The notes under the pieces were generated by a model. The model saw only the letters and a program-made list of their open reading frames with translations, searched no databases and was not told the origin of the DNA. DNA of 64,000 nucleotides, taken from the sequence record MF459647.1; one strand, given 5' to 3'. Made by a program: the position numbers and the translations under genes. Position 1 is the stretch's first letter. Every line of letters begins with the position of its first letter. This document shows positions 36,295-46,169 of this stretch, one piece after another.

Positions 36295-38406
36295 ATGGGC
36301 CTTAAAATCAACCAACTTCATCCTGATGTCATGGGTGTCTGCATTAACCTTAACGTGTTTCCGTGGAATAACTCCGCCGCACGTTTGTACATGTGCGGTA
36401 ACATGATTCCAAAGTCAGTGGTGACCGTTGGTCGGACTACCCGTAAGATTATCTCCGGGTTCGAAAAACAGTATGGAGAAACTGCGCGCAAAATCACGGC
36501 CCCGGCTAACATGACCGTTGAGCAGGTTTTCTTTATTGAAAGTCTGCAAGGCAATGGATTAGCAACCGACGAATGGAACAGCATTTGGGTGGTGTTCAAG
36601 AATGATGAAAAGAACGCCTACGATGTGCTGGAACTTCCTCGGTACAATACCCAGAACACCTACATCGGCTTCGAATACGTTTATGACAAAGAAATGATTA
36701 AGCGTCTGTTCGAAGAGAAGAACCCCACCTTCCGTAAAGGTGATGTGTTCGGGTGGTCTCCACGCATCAGTGAAAGTGGTGAGTGGCAGTTCGGGATGGA
36801 AACCAAGGTCGCAGCCATGTCTTCTCACCGTACGGAAGAGGACGGCATTGTTATCACCGAGAGCTATGCGCGTAACCGTATGCGCTGTATGTTCAAACAT
36901 GAACGTGAGTTCAACTGGGATGAAGAAGAGTACGTACCGGTGTTCCTGTACGGTACTGATGAGAATCCGCGTCCATTCCCGGAAAGCGGTGAACCGATTC
37001 GTCCTGATGGCCTGGTTATGGCTTTCCGCAAGCGTGTCACGGAAAACGCGTTAGTCAGCCTTACCAAGAAAGCATTGCGCACGCCGGACTACCTGTATGA
37101 CATTCTGTTCTATGCACCAGCCGGTGCACGGGTCATGTCAATCGACGTCAGCAGCGACCGTATGAAGAACCAGTCGAATAACCGCAGCACGGAATACATC
37201 GACCAGGAACATAACCGGATGCTGACTCAAATGGAGCGTGCAGCAAACGAACACTTCATGCGCATCATCTCCTGGTACGAGAACAAGAACTACCACAACG
37301 GTAAAGTGGAAATCCCAGTGACCTTTGAGCTGGATACCTTTATCCGTAATGCCTACTACAACTACACCGTGGACTTCCGCGGTCAGACCAAGCAGATTAA
37401 CCCGCTGTACCGTGCTTTCAAACGTACCCGTAAGAAAGACTGGAACGTGAAGATTCTGCTGAAAGAAGAAGTGGTGGGCCGCAGTAAGTTCAAGCTCTCG
37501 GGCATGAACGGTGACAAAGGCGTAGCAGTAACCGTTATTCCTGATGACCATGCACCGATGTACGAAGACGGTACCCGTGCTGAAATCATCATCAACAACA
37601 CGCCGGCGTTCCGTCGTCAAATCTTCGGGATGTTAATGGAGATGAGCATTAACTTCATCAACATGAACGTTCACCGGGAAATGTGTGCACTGCGTGACCA
37701 GGGTAACTATAAGGAGGCGTGGGCGAAGCTGATTGAGTTCTACCATACCGCTAACCCTGAGTTCGGTGAGATGGTGGATTCGGTGTACGTAACGGATGAA
37801 GAGCGTTTCGAGCACGTGGATTACGTTGCCCGTGACCAAATCTCCATTCAGTACCGCAGCGACTCAAAAGTAGTTGGGGCCGATATCATTAATGCGTTAC
37901 GGAAGAAGTATTCTTATAAGCCGCAGAAAGCGTACTTCGTGAATGCCCTGGGTGAACGTATTCTTAGTGAGAACCCGATTCTGATTACGTCCATGTACTA
38001 CATGCTGTTGGACAAATTCGGAACGGACATGTCATCTCAGGCCATGCCGAAGTCGAACCTGTTTGGTATGCCGGCGAAGCTCAACGAGCAGGATAAACAC
38101 GGGAACTGGTATCGTGATATCTGGAACCGTAACTCCGGGGAAACAGAATCACGTCTGCGCGTTAGCCAGAGTGGTTCACAGGAAATCGTCAAGAACTTGG
38201 CGTTGGCCTACTCTCCTGACCTGCGTCGTGCTGTAGCGTCCCGCATTATCCGTGCTGACGATCCGTTTGAAATCAAGCAGATTGTGAAGCCGGCAGAATA
38301 CGCCACGAATGCTGCAGTTATCATGGGTGGGTCTATGCTGTCCGATTCGGGGTACACCATCCGTCACGAACGCCCAACCGATCGCTCTTCAAATACCGGG
38401 GAATAA
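36295..38406 (+). CDS. Non-virion RNA polymerase beta-like subunit (phiKZ gp71-73-like)
   Basis: TEEDGIVITES and KFKLSGMNGDKGV correspond to the RpoB YNxED and GDKxxGRHGNKG motifs; uninterrupted. Confidence 0.88.
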   Translation: MGLKINQLHPDVMGVCINLNVFPWNNSAARLYMCGNMIPKSVVTVGRTTRKIISGFEKQYGETARKITAPANMTVEQVFFIESLQGNGLATDEWNSIWVVFKNDEKNAYDVLELPRYNTQNTYIGFEYVYDKEMIKRLFEEKNPTFRKGDVFGWSPRISESGEWQFGMETKVAAMSSHRTEEDGIVITESYARNRMRCMFKHEREFNWDEEEYVPVFLYGTDENPRPFPESGEPIRPDGLVMAFRKRVTENALVSLTKKALRTPDYLYDILFYAPAGARVMSIDVSSDRMKNQSNNRSTEYIDQEHNRMLTQMERAANEHFMRIISWYENKNYHNGKVEIPVTFELDTFIRNAYYNYTVDFRGQTKQINPLYRAFKRTRKKDWNVKILLKEEVVGRSKFKLSGMNGDKGVAVTVIPDDHAPMYEDGTRAEIIINNTPAFRRQIFGMLMEMSINFINMNVHREMCALRDQGNYKEAWAKLIEFYHTANPEFGEMVDSVYVTDEERFEHVDYVARDQISIQYRSDSKVVGADIINALRKKYSYKPQKAYFVNALGERILSENPILITSMYYMLLDKFGTDMSSQAMPKSNLFGMPAKLNEQDKHGNWYRDIWNRNSGETESRLRVSQSGSQEIVKNLALAYSPDLRRAVASRIIRADDPFEIKQIVKPAEYATNAAVIMGGSMLSDSGYTIRHERPTDRSSNTGE

Positions 38407-38413
38407 TAGCGAC

Positions 38414-40399
38414 ATGATGAAAATTAATCTTCGAGAGTTTGCTAACCTACCAGAAGAAACTATTCTGCGTTGGCGAGGATTTCGTTTTGCCGCAGAGGTC
38501 ACGGATGACTTCGGGGAAACCAAAAAGTCAGACACCTATAACCTGATGCTCAGTTGGTATGGACTGATTGTGCATCGACAGTTTAATGAGGAGAAGTATC
38601 ACCTGGATGAAATCGTGGACTGTAAAGTCTATAACGAAGATTCCTTGGCGGAACCGATTAACTGTTTCCTGAACCGTATCATGGTCACGATGTACGACCC
38701 GGTTCAGTCTGACCTGATTAAACGTCTCATTTATATCTGGCAATGCAAGCTCAATAACTTCCTGGTTGCCACCACCGAAGGTCACGCTATCTCTGCGGAC
38801 GCCGAGTGCGTATCGGAAGTGCAGCAAGACCCAGGCATCATTGAGCTGCGTAACCGGGTACTGACCGGTAAGATTTCCATTGACGATGGTGAGCAGGAGT
38901 TCATCACCTACATGGAAACGTCACCGTCGCTGGACTTCAACACCTTTGCGCTGCTGGCGCGTACTGGTGGTGTGCAGTACAACCAAGCGTATCAGACTAT
39001 CATCTGTCGTGGTGCGGTGTTTGATTTGAACAACCAAATCTTCCCGAACCCGATTTATGATTCGTATGCGACGGGCATCACCAACCTGGCAGACTCCCTG
39101 GCAGAAATTAAGGGTGCGGGTAAATCACTGATTACCAACGGCAAGGCGCTGAAGGACTCAGAATGGTTCCACCGTAAAACGCACCTTTATATGTCTGTGC
39201 TGGAATCGATTGACCACTTCCACGACTGCGGGTCACCGTACACGGTTCCACTGAAAGTCACCGGCAAAGACTTTGCTAAATCCCTGCAGGGGAAATACAT
39301 GGTCACCGAAGACAGTCAGTTGGTATTGATTACGCGTGACGTGTCGAAGAAGCTGGTGATTGGCGACACTGTGAACATCCGTTCACAGGCGTTCTGCCTG
39401 TCTCACAATCCAGCAGCGCCGTGTCGTGTCTGTTACGGTATGATGAAAACCGTTGTGCCGTACAACACCATCATGAAGCGGGATGCCAACATCGGGATGT
39501 TCTCAGGGACCACGGTCTGTAACCCAATGGGTCAGAAAATGCTGTCCACCAAACACTTCCTGCGTAACACCACCACGCAACCCTTTACCGTAATGCGTGC
39601 AGATGCTGACATCATCAATACCAACGGTGATGACATCTTCCTGAACAAAGACCTGTGTCGTGCAGGAACGGAACTGGTACTGCCGGTGGCTGTGGTGCGT
39701 GAACTGTCGGACCTGCGTTCTCTGGATACCCTGGAAAACGTAAGCCAGGATAAACTGTCCTTCTTTAACGATGTGACGTTTAAGTACACCATGGAAGATC
39801 CAATGATTGGCGGGACCACCACCCATCAGCGTTCTGTAGTGACATCAGTGTCCTCTCGTTCTGCGAAGATGACCACTGACTTCCTGGAGTACGTACTGAC
39901 CCGTGGTTGGAAAGTGCAGGACAAGAAGTTCATCTCGGTAGAGTTAGGCGGCTGGAACCATAAAGCTCCGCTGTTCGAACTGCCGTACATGCACGAAGAC
40001 CTGGACGTTCACCGTCGGCGTATCGAATCGTTCTTGACGTTCTCAAACCGCAACATCACCTGGAAGAAGCAGGAGGTGACCCCGCGTCTGTTTGGTGACG
40101 TGCTGAGCGAATTCTGGCAACTCATGGCGCAGAAGTTTAAAGGTAACAACATTATCCATTTAGAGACAATGCTGTATACCACAACGGCTGCGGACCCGTT
40201 CAATGGATGTTATGCACTGGTCAACGGCCGGGGTACTAAGTACTTCACGTCGTTTGTCAATTGCATCAACAACCGTGGTGCAGGAACCATGTTAATATTC
40301 GAACGCCAGCAAACGTACTTGAACGACCCTAAATCGTTCTTGATCAAAGACCGCCAGGGTACCCCCCTGGAGTGTTTCTGGAACCTGGCTTGTAGTTAA
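38414..40399 (+). CDS. Non-virion RNA polymerase beta-prime-like C-terminal subunit (phiKZ gp74-like)
   Basis: Bridge-helix region GAGKSLITNGKALKDSEWFHRK, Zn site DCGS...CLS..CRVCYG, trigger-loop-like MGQKMLSTKH; start ATG at 38414. Confidence 0.85.
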   Translation: MMKINLREFANLPEETILRWRGFRFAAEVTDDFGETKKSDTYNLMLSWYGLIVHRQFNEEKYHLDEIVDCKVYNEDSLAEPINCFLNRIMVTMYDPVQSDLIKRLIYIWQCKLNNFLVATTEGHAISADAECVSEVQQDPGIIELRNRVLTGKISIDDGEQEFITYMETSPSLDFNTFALLARTGGVQYNQAYQTIICRGAVFDLNNQIFPNPIYDSYATGITNLADSLAEIKGAGKSLITNGKALKDSEWFHRKTHLYMSVLESIDHFHDCGSPYTVPLKVTGKDFAKSLQGKYMVTEDSQLVLITRDVSKKLVIGDTVNIRSQAFCLSHNPAAPCRVCYGMMKTVVPYNTIMKRDANIGMFSGTTVCNPMGQKMLSTKHFLRNTTTQPFTVMRADADIINTNGDDIFLNKDLCRAGTELVLPVAVVRELSDLRSLDTLENVSQDKLSFFNDVTFKYTMEDPMIGGTTTHQRSVVTSVSSRSAKMTTDFLEYVLTRGWKVQDKKFISVELGGWNHKAPLFELPYMHEDLDVHRRRIESFLTFSNRNITWKKQEVTPRLFGDVLSEFWQLMAQKFKGNNIIHLETMLYTTTAADPFNGCYALVNGRGTKYFTSFVNCINNRGAGTMLIFERQQTYLNDPKSFLIKDRQGTPLECFWNLACS

Positions 40400-40414
40400 G
40401 GACAGGAGTAGGGT

Positions 40415-41947
40415 ATGCGCCATACGGCCGTTATTAGCACGGCGAATAACTATATCCGTGTTCATGGTTATCACCAGGAGTTCGTCGAGCGTGTGATAAT
40501 GCCGTTTTGTCGTATGAACCTGTATAAGACGGGGAGGGTCCCAATACCTGGGACCCGTGAAACCAAATACGTGACCACTCATGTGTTTGCCCGGTTTAAC
40601 TTCGACAAAACAGAATTTCGCATTTGCCGCGAACTGTTTGATAGCTTTATCGATTATGCTGATACTCATGGCTACCACAAGAAACGCATCAAGGTTATCT
40701 CCGAAGCCGAACTGAGTGGCGTTAACGTCTCGTTTCAGTTTCAGGACGGCTGGGGGTCACCGCGACCGCATCAGGTGGATTGGTTAGAGTATCAGATGGG
40801 TGAAGGTGCGCTCAAGATAAACAACATGACGCCTGGGGGCGGGAAAACGTTTTGTGCGTTATACCAAATGGTGAAGATGGGTGTTCGCACCCTGATTACC
40901 ATTCAGCCACGGTATATTCCGGTGTGGATTAAAGCACTGGGGGATATTGTGCAGTTGGGTCCCCGTGACGTTATCTTGTGTGAGGGTGACCTCTCGCAAA
41001 TCGTCGAGAACATTGAGAACGGTACGATTAACCCCAAAGTGGTTATTCTGCCGATGACCCGTATTGAACAGCATCTGAAGAAAGAGAAAGAAGACGAGTC
41101 CTATCCCGATTTGGACAACATCTTCCGGCGCATGGGTTGTGGGTTCCGTATCCAGGACGAAGCACACGAAGCCATCCACCAAATCTACCTTTCCATGATG
41201 TACGGTAACTTTCCTAAAACCCTGGTGCTCTCGGGTACATTGCAAGCCGATGACCCGTTCACCAACAAGATTTACCGCTGGCTGTTCCCGAAGAAGCATT
41301 ACCTGAAGGCAACAGAACATAAGCAATACCTGGACATCGTTGCTTACCAGTATCAGATTGACATGCGCAAGTATCGCATTAATACCATGTCATTTGGGTC
41401 GTACAGTGATGTGACCTTTGAGAAGTCGATTATCCGTAATGGCAAGTTGATGAAGTTTTACTTTGAGCTCGTGAAGAAAGCGTTTGACGAGTTCTATCTT
41501 CCTCGAAGGCGTGAGGGTGGCAAGTGTCTGCTCTTCTTTTCGAAGGTGGATATGTGCGAACGCATTTGTTCAATGCTTAAGCACTGCTACCCCGACATGG
41601 ATATCATCACGTACACCGGTGAGAACAGTAAGAAGGAACGCAAAGACGAGTACCGTAAGCATGAGGTGGTAATCTCTACCCCTGGTAGCTGCGGAACCGG
41701 TAAGGACATACCGGGACTCATCAACGTGTTCTGTTGGCACACTGTGTCCTCTATGCAACGTAACGACCAGATACTGATGCGCCTTCGCGATATCAGCAAC
41801 CTCTGGACGGACATCGACCCGTTGTTCCTCTACGGCGTCTGTATGGACATACCGAAGCATAAAGAGTATCACCGCAAACGTTACTCCCTGTTTGAGCCAA
41901 AAGCCAAGCGTCAACGGCTGATTAACTCGGACATGATTTTGACGTAA
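40415..41947 (+). CDS. Superfamily 2 helicase (phiKZ gp75/UvsW-like)
   Basis: Walker A TPGGGKT, DEAH box, LSGT motif III, GTGKDIPGL motif V. Confidence 0.88.
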   Translation: MRHTAVISTANNYIRVHGYHQEFVERVIMPFCRMNLYKTGRVPIPGTRETKYVTTHVFARFNFDKTEFRICRELFDSFIDYADTHGYHKKRIKVISEAELSGVNVSFQFQDGWGSPRPHQVDWLEYQMGEGALKINNMTPGGGKTFCALYQMVKMGVRTLITIQPRYIPVWIKALGDIVQLGPRDVILCEGDLSQIVENIENGTINPKVVILPMTRIEQHLKKEKEDESYPDLDNIFRRMGCGFRIQDEAHEAIHQIYLSMMYGNFPKTLVLSGTLQADDPFTNKIYRWLFPKKHYLKATEHKQYLDIVAYQYQIDMRKYRINTMSFGSYSDVTFEKSIIRNGKLMKFYFELVKKAFDEFYLPRRREGGKCLLFFSKVDMCERICSMLKHCYPDMDIITYTGENSKKERKDEYRKHEVVISTPGSCGTGKDIPGLINVFCWHTVSSMQRNDQILMRLRDISNLWTDIDPLFLYGVCMDIPKHKEYHRKRYSLFEPKAKRQRLINSDMILT

Positions 41948-41958
41948 TACGAGACTAT

Positions 41959-41990
41959 CCTCTCTCCCTTCCCGGGGAGAGAGGGTATTT
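41959..41990 (+). terminator. Intrinsic terminator
   Basis: CCTCTCTCCC-TTCCCG-GGGAGAGAGG followed by GTATTTT. Confidence 0.75.
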
Positions 41991-42041
41991 TCTTAGTGTC
42001 GTTCCCATATTACATGGTGTTAACGCGTCGAGAAGGTTGAA

Positions 42042-42476
42042 ATGAGCGACGAGAAAGATTTTGATAAAGAGAATGCGGACCAACAATTCAGTATCGTGTT
42101 TCGCAACCAGCACGGCTATACCGAGGACATCTACGAACTGTTAAAGGGGAGCTTGACTGATGCTTTACTTGCTTATGAAACTGCTGAGACGTGTTCTTAT
42201 GACAACCTCCAGTGGGACATCACCCAACAGATATACGACCAACGAGGACGATTAAACGTCAGTCCGTTAAACGACAGCTACATGCGCATCCTAAAAGATG
42301 ACCGCGAGTGGCGAGACGAAATGTACACCGGTACCCAGTTCCTGATTAACCATGTGTTGCAGGAAAACGAGGCCCGACTGTTAAGCATTTATCAATCGTA
42401 CAACATTCGAGATGTGCAAGTCCCGGTAGTCACACAGAATCGCATCTTGGTGTTGTTGTCAGGGTTAAAGAAATGA
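42042..42476 (+). CDS. Hypothetical protein
   Basis: AAGG RBS; CCATATTACATGGTGT promoter-like motif at ~42004. Confidence 0.7.
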   Translation: MSDEKDFDKENADQQFSIVFRNQHGYTEDIYELLKGSLTDALLAYETAETCSYDNLQWDITQQIYDQRGRLNVSPLNDSYMRILKDDREWRDEMYTGTQFLINHVLQENEARLLSIYQSYNIRDVQVPVVTQNRILVLLSGLKK

Positions 42477-42841
42477 CAACACAACGCTGGGGATCTCTGT
42501 TAGTACCGCTAGAAGGTTTAGTGGACTATGGCTACTATGAAATCATCTGCCACGCAGTATCAGACAGAATCGTCAGTGTGTTAACCGGGGTGGACTTTGT
42601 GGACCACATCGGGGTTTACGCCATGAACTTCATCCAGGTGCCGGACCACTATGTGGAACACGGCAATGAAATGGAATTCTACGCTGAGGTAACGTCTGAA
42701 CTCCGTACGCAGTTTAACTATAACGAATCCCTGCCAGGCTACCTGAACGCCATGAACATTCTCTCGTTTTACCTGGGACACGATTTCCATGTAGCGGATA
42801 TGAATGAACGTGGCATCATGGTATTGGTGGAGGCACCTTAA
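42473..42841 (+). CDS. Hypothetical protein
   Basis: ATGA-coupled, 122 aa. Confidence 0.65.
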   Translation: MTTQRWGSLLVPLEGLVDYGYYEIICHAVSDRIVSVLTGVDFVDHIGVYAMNFIQVPDHYVEHGNEMEFYAEVTSELRTQFNYNESLPGYLNAMNILSFYLGHDFHVADMNERGIMVLVEAP

Positions 42842-42842
42842 C

Positions 42843-43349
42843 ATGAAAAGCGGAACCATAACCTTAACCGACACCATCTTCGGGATGGATGAAATCAAAG
42901 CAGATGTGCAGCAGGACTTACTGGTGTTGATTATTGTGGAGGCTATCCGCAATATCCTCTGGCAACGTAAAGACCAGATGATGGTGGGTTACCACGAGGC
43001 GTTAACGTTACGCCCGCTTGAACAACAGGACAACACCGTTACCGCTGACGATGTTTACGTGATGTCGTTGAATCACCTCATGGACGTGATTGAGTTAAAC
43101 GACCCGTTGTTTGACAACGAAGATGCTGACAGTGTGGCAGAAGTCAGTGCGGCATTGAGTGATAAGTTGTCAATGCTCATGGGGTCAATTGACCGATTCA
43201 ATCATCACGAAGTCTTGCTTCCTTATCAGGAACTGTTGTTTAACTTCTATGAAGAGAACGAGTTCCCGAGTGTCTCCGGTACCTTTGTGGGAAACAAAGT
43301 TGTGCTCTGTTTCACTACACCGACTACGTTTGGTATGGCTACTATTTAA
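42843..43349 (+). CDS. Hypothetical acidic protein
   Basis: ATG at 42843 with GGAGG RBS; hairpin 43360-43381 downstream. Confidence 0.7.
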   Translation: MKSGTITLTDTIFGMDEIKADVQQDLLVLIIVEAIRNILWQRKDQMMVGYHEALTLRPLEQQDNTVTADDVYVMSLNHLMDVIELNDPLFDNEDADSVAEVSAALSDKLSMLMGSIDRFNHHEVLLPYQELLFNFYEENEFPSVSGTFVGNKVVLCFTTPTTFGMATI

Positions 43350-43408
43350 CCTTTATGGTCTCTGCTCCGTAAGGGGCAGAGGTCAGATACCTATATTGAG
43401 GATAGAAA

Positions 43409-43870
43409 ATGACAACGCAGAAAACTACCCCTAAGGCAAAGGCTCCGGGGAAACTGGTATTGGCAACGATTGTGGCAGAATGTGCTTATAAAGGACAACA
43501 GGCCGTTATGCAGGGTAAACACGAACTCGAAGAAAACGGGTTTGAATCCGCTAAGGTATCCCGCTGCTGTAACGGGCGGCGTCGTGAACACAAGGGCTGT
43601 GTGTTTGAATACGTCTCAGAGAAAGAAGCGCAGAACCATGAGCGTGGTTTTTCACCTGAGACTCGAGTATTCCTTACCAACATCATTCATTTCATGACGC
43701 CCGTCATTACCGGTGTGAATGAAGAGACCGGTGAAGAGATTGTGATGAACACCGCCTCCGATATGAAGGCCCGTGGTTTTGTCCCGGCTAAAGTCCGTGC
43801 TATCATTAATAAGGATAAAACCTACAACGGCTGGAAGTTTACCCGCAAAGACCCTGGTACCTTGAAATAA
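43409..43870 (+). CDS. Protein with two NUMOD1-like DNA-binding repeats and no nuclease domain
   Basis: GFESAKVSRCCNGRRREHKGCVFEY and GFVPAKVRAIINKDKTYNGWKFTR; no HNH or GIY-YIG motif. Confidence 0.65.
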   Translation: MTTQKTTPKAKAPGKLVLATIVAECAYKGQQAVMQGKHELEENGFESAKVSRCCNGRRREHKGCVFEYVSEKEAQNHERGFSPETRVFLTNIIHFMTPVITGVNEETGEEIVMNTASDMKARGFVPAKVRAIINKDKTYNGWKFTRKDPGTLK

Positions 43871-43874
43871 GGTA

Positions 43875-43902
43875 TACCCTACTCCCGTTGGGGAGTAGGG
43901 TA
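43875..43902. terminator. Bidirectional terminator hairpin (near-identical to 49933-49964)
   Basis: TACCCTACTCCC-GTTG-GGGAGTAGGGTA. Confidence 0.8.
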
Positions 43903-43920
43903 GTAACCTGGTTTTATTTT

Positions 43921-45225
43921 TTATTGTTGCAGTGCTGCTTTCAAATCCAGCGTGGTGTTACTCAGACCCGCAACGTGTACCGCTTTCATACGGGACAGCA
44001 TCATGTTGGTTGGGACACGCACAACGTCTGCAGACACACGGGTGGTATACATCCCCAGCCCGGTACCTAAACAGGTCTTACAGTAGTTGCCGTCTTTCTC
44101 AATACAGAACTGAGGCACGCGTATCTTCAACGGTCTACCCAGCAGGCTGTCGACGTTCTCTTTGGTAATGAGTTCGGCTTGACCTTTACTGTTGATGTAG
44201 TACGACCCTGTCCACCATTTCTTATTGGACTTGGTCAACACCACTTCTTCCCCTACGGGAGATTGACAGTCAGGATTATCCGCACGCACACGCCCTACCA
44301 GACGCAGGGTTTCTTTTACCCTGGCTCCGCCTTCACCCGTTGCTTTACCACGGTTATAAGAACCTTCAATCGCGGTGTTGATGTAGTTCGCCATTTCACT
44401 GACGTCCCACCCTTCATCCAGCGAGTTGGTCAAGGACACAAAGCGACCGGTCTCGGCGTTGTACTCTGCACCAAAGGCAATGAACATACGCTTACGGCTG
44501 TTGTCGATAAACTTCTTCTCGATGTAGAAGGTGTTGCTTGCCCCCTTCATCTGAATCTCGTAATCGAGTTTCACCACCTGGTCGATAATGCCCGTGAAGA
44601 CAACCGGGTCATCGAGCTTGTCTTTGTTTTCAGCAAAGAGCTTATCACGCAGCGCCAGTACTTCTTTCGGCACGGTTAATGCATCGATGCTGCTACAACG
44701 CACAAAGAACAGACTGAGCCCTTCCAGGAAGTTACAGTGGGCAGAGAACTTGGTGACACAGATGTCAACCGGTGCTTTGCCTTCAGGAACCTCTTGTCCT
44801 TCTTCCGGGTTATCTACCATTAACTCGCGTAGAGTATCGCACACGAAGTCTTTGGTGAATTCCCCGTTGTGATACGGTACCAGTTCCCCAAACACTTCCC
44901 ACAGCAGTACCACGTTAAACAGGAAGATACCAAACGTGGTTTCCGTGGCCTTTCCGCGTAAGCAAGGGTGGAAGTCACCCGGCAGGCTAATCGGTTCATC
45001 GATAAAGAACAGCGGCGCATCTTCGGTGTGCTCTATCTCAACCGGATGGGTACCTTCAAGATACCAATACTTCCCGCCTTCTAAATACAACGCATAGGGA
45101 ATCTTCTTAAACTCCCCGGCACTCTCGATGTCTTCTAACTGAATAGAAATGATAGACTGCAAGAACGCCTTTTCGTTGTACGCCTTTTGTTCAAAGGTGT
45201 GCTTTAAGTAGTCAATCTTTTTCAT
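43921..45225 (-). CDS. Virion RNA polymerase beta-prime-like subunit (phiKZ gp80-like)
   Basis: Bridge-helix-like GSYNRGKATGEGGARVK, Zn ligands DCQSP...CIEKDGNYCKTCLG, trigger-loop-like MMLSRMKAVH. Confidence 0.85.
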   Translation of the reverse strand: MKKIDYLKHTFEQKAYNEKAFLQSIISIQLEDIESAGEFKKIPYALYLEGGKYWYLEGTHPVEIEHTEDAPLFFIDEPISLPGDFHPCLRGKATETTFGIFLFNVVLLWEVFGELVPYHNGEFTKDFVCDTLRELMVDNPEEGQEVPEGKAPVDICVTKFSAHCNFLEGLSLFFVRCSSIDALTVPKEVLALRDKLFAENKDKLDDPVVFTGIIDQVVKLDYEIQMKGASNTFYIEKKFIDNSRKRMFIAFGAEYNAETGRFVSLTNSLDEGWDVSEMANYINTAIEGSYNRGKATGEGGARVKETLRLVGRVRADNPDCQSPVGEEVVLTKSNKKWWTGSYYINSKGQAELITKENVDSLLGRPLKIRVPQFCIEKDGNYCKTCLGTGLGMYTTRVSADVVRVPTNMMLSRMKAVHVAGLSNTTLDLKAALQQ

Positions 45226-46130
45226 GACCCTTCACCGCCTCCCAGTTGCAGTTCGCTGAGGATTTTATCCAGCTTCATCCTCACAGTGATATCATCAATC
45301 ACTTCGTCCAGGTACTTCGACGCGGCATCTTTGATTTGACTGTCATTGAGCTCACTGATTAAGAAGAGGCAGATGATATTAATGCCATACGCCAGCGGGT
45401 CACCGTTATCTTCTTCCAGGTAACGCTGTAGGTCACGCTTAAAGAAGTTCAGCAGGCTCTCTACGGCTCCGCCGAGTTGTCCCTGGTTGACGATGTGGTC
45501 CCACGTCAACGTGCCTTTAAACAGCGGCTTATTGGCGATAACACGGTCGATGATGTTTTGCGGTGGGTTCACTTCTTCATCGTTGGCCTTTAAACCATCC
45601 GACAGGGCCTTCAGCAAAACTTCACTAACGTCCTCTATGATATAAGTAAAGGGTTCTATGTCGAAACCTTCACCGTTCAGCTTTTCCATTACCATCAGGA
45701 AACGCTCTTTGGAATCGATGTCTCTCGAATCCAGAATGTTGCTCAACCCCAGGGTATCTTCATAACCCGGTAGCGTGTACACCATGTCAACCAGACGGAT
45801 GTACAACGGCAGGTGTTTGTTGTCGATGTATTCTGAAGAAATGGTAAAACCCATCTTCACCAGAATCTCCATTATATTGTCGACTATGAGCGACCAGATA
45901 ACTTGCTTTTTGGCTTGTGTCTCCAGTTGTTCATCAACAAACACCTCAGTGATTTGTGTGGGGAGTAAACTGTCCGGATACGTCAGCAAAATGTAGTTCA
46001 ACCCACGGGTAAGAATTTCATAATGCAGCTCCGGAATATACTCTTTGAATTCCGACCACATATCACCGACGTAGTGAATGGGCAAAAAGTCATCACTGTC
46101 GTCATATACTTCTTCTATTTCATTAATCAT
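45222..46130 (-). CDS. Conserved acidic protein co-transcribed with the vRNAP subunit
   Basis: 302 aa; 4-nt overlap with the start of the gp80-like gene. Confidence 0.7.
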   Translation of the reverse strand: MINEIEEVYDDSDDFLPIHYVGDMWSEFKEYIPELHYEILTRGLNYILLTYPDSLLPTQITEVFVDEQLETQAKKQVIWSLIVDNIMEILVKMGFTISSEYIDNKHLPLYIRLVDMVYTLPGYEDTLGLSNILDSRDIDSKERFLMVMEKLNGEGFDIEPFTYIIEDVSEVLLKALSDGLKANDEEVNPPQNIIDRVIANKPLFKGTLTWDHIVNQGQLGGAVESLLNFFKRDLQRYLEEDNGDPLAYGINIICLFLISELNDSQIKDAASKYLDEVIDDITVRMKLDKILSELQLGGGEGS

Positions 46131-46169
46131 ACGAATACCTATACCTTTCGTAAAAAGGAGCTACATAGC

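Noticed and set aside
23885-40399. Introns, inteins or homing endonucleases in the nvRNAP subunit genes, as in phiKZ
   Set aside because: All three genes are continuous ORFs of expected size with no HNH, LAGLIDADG or intein motifs
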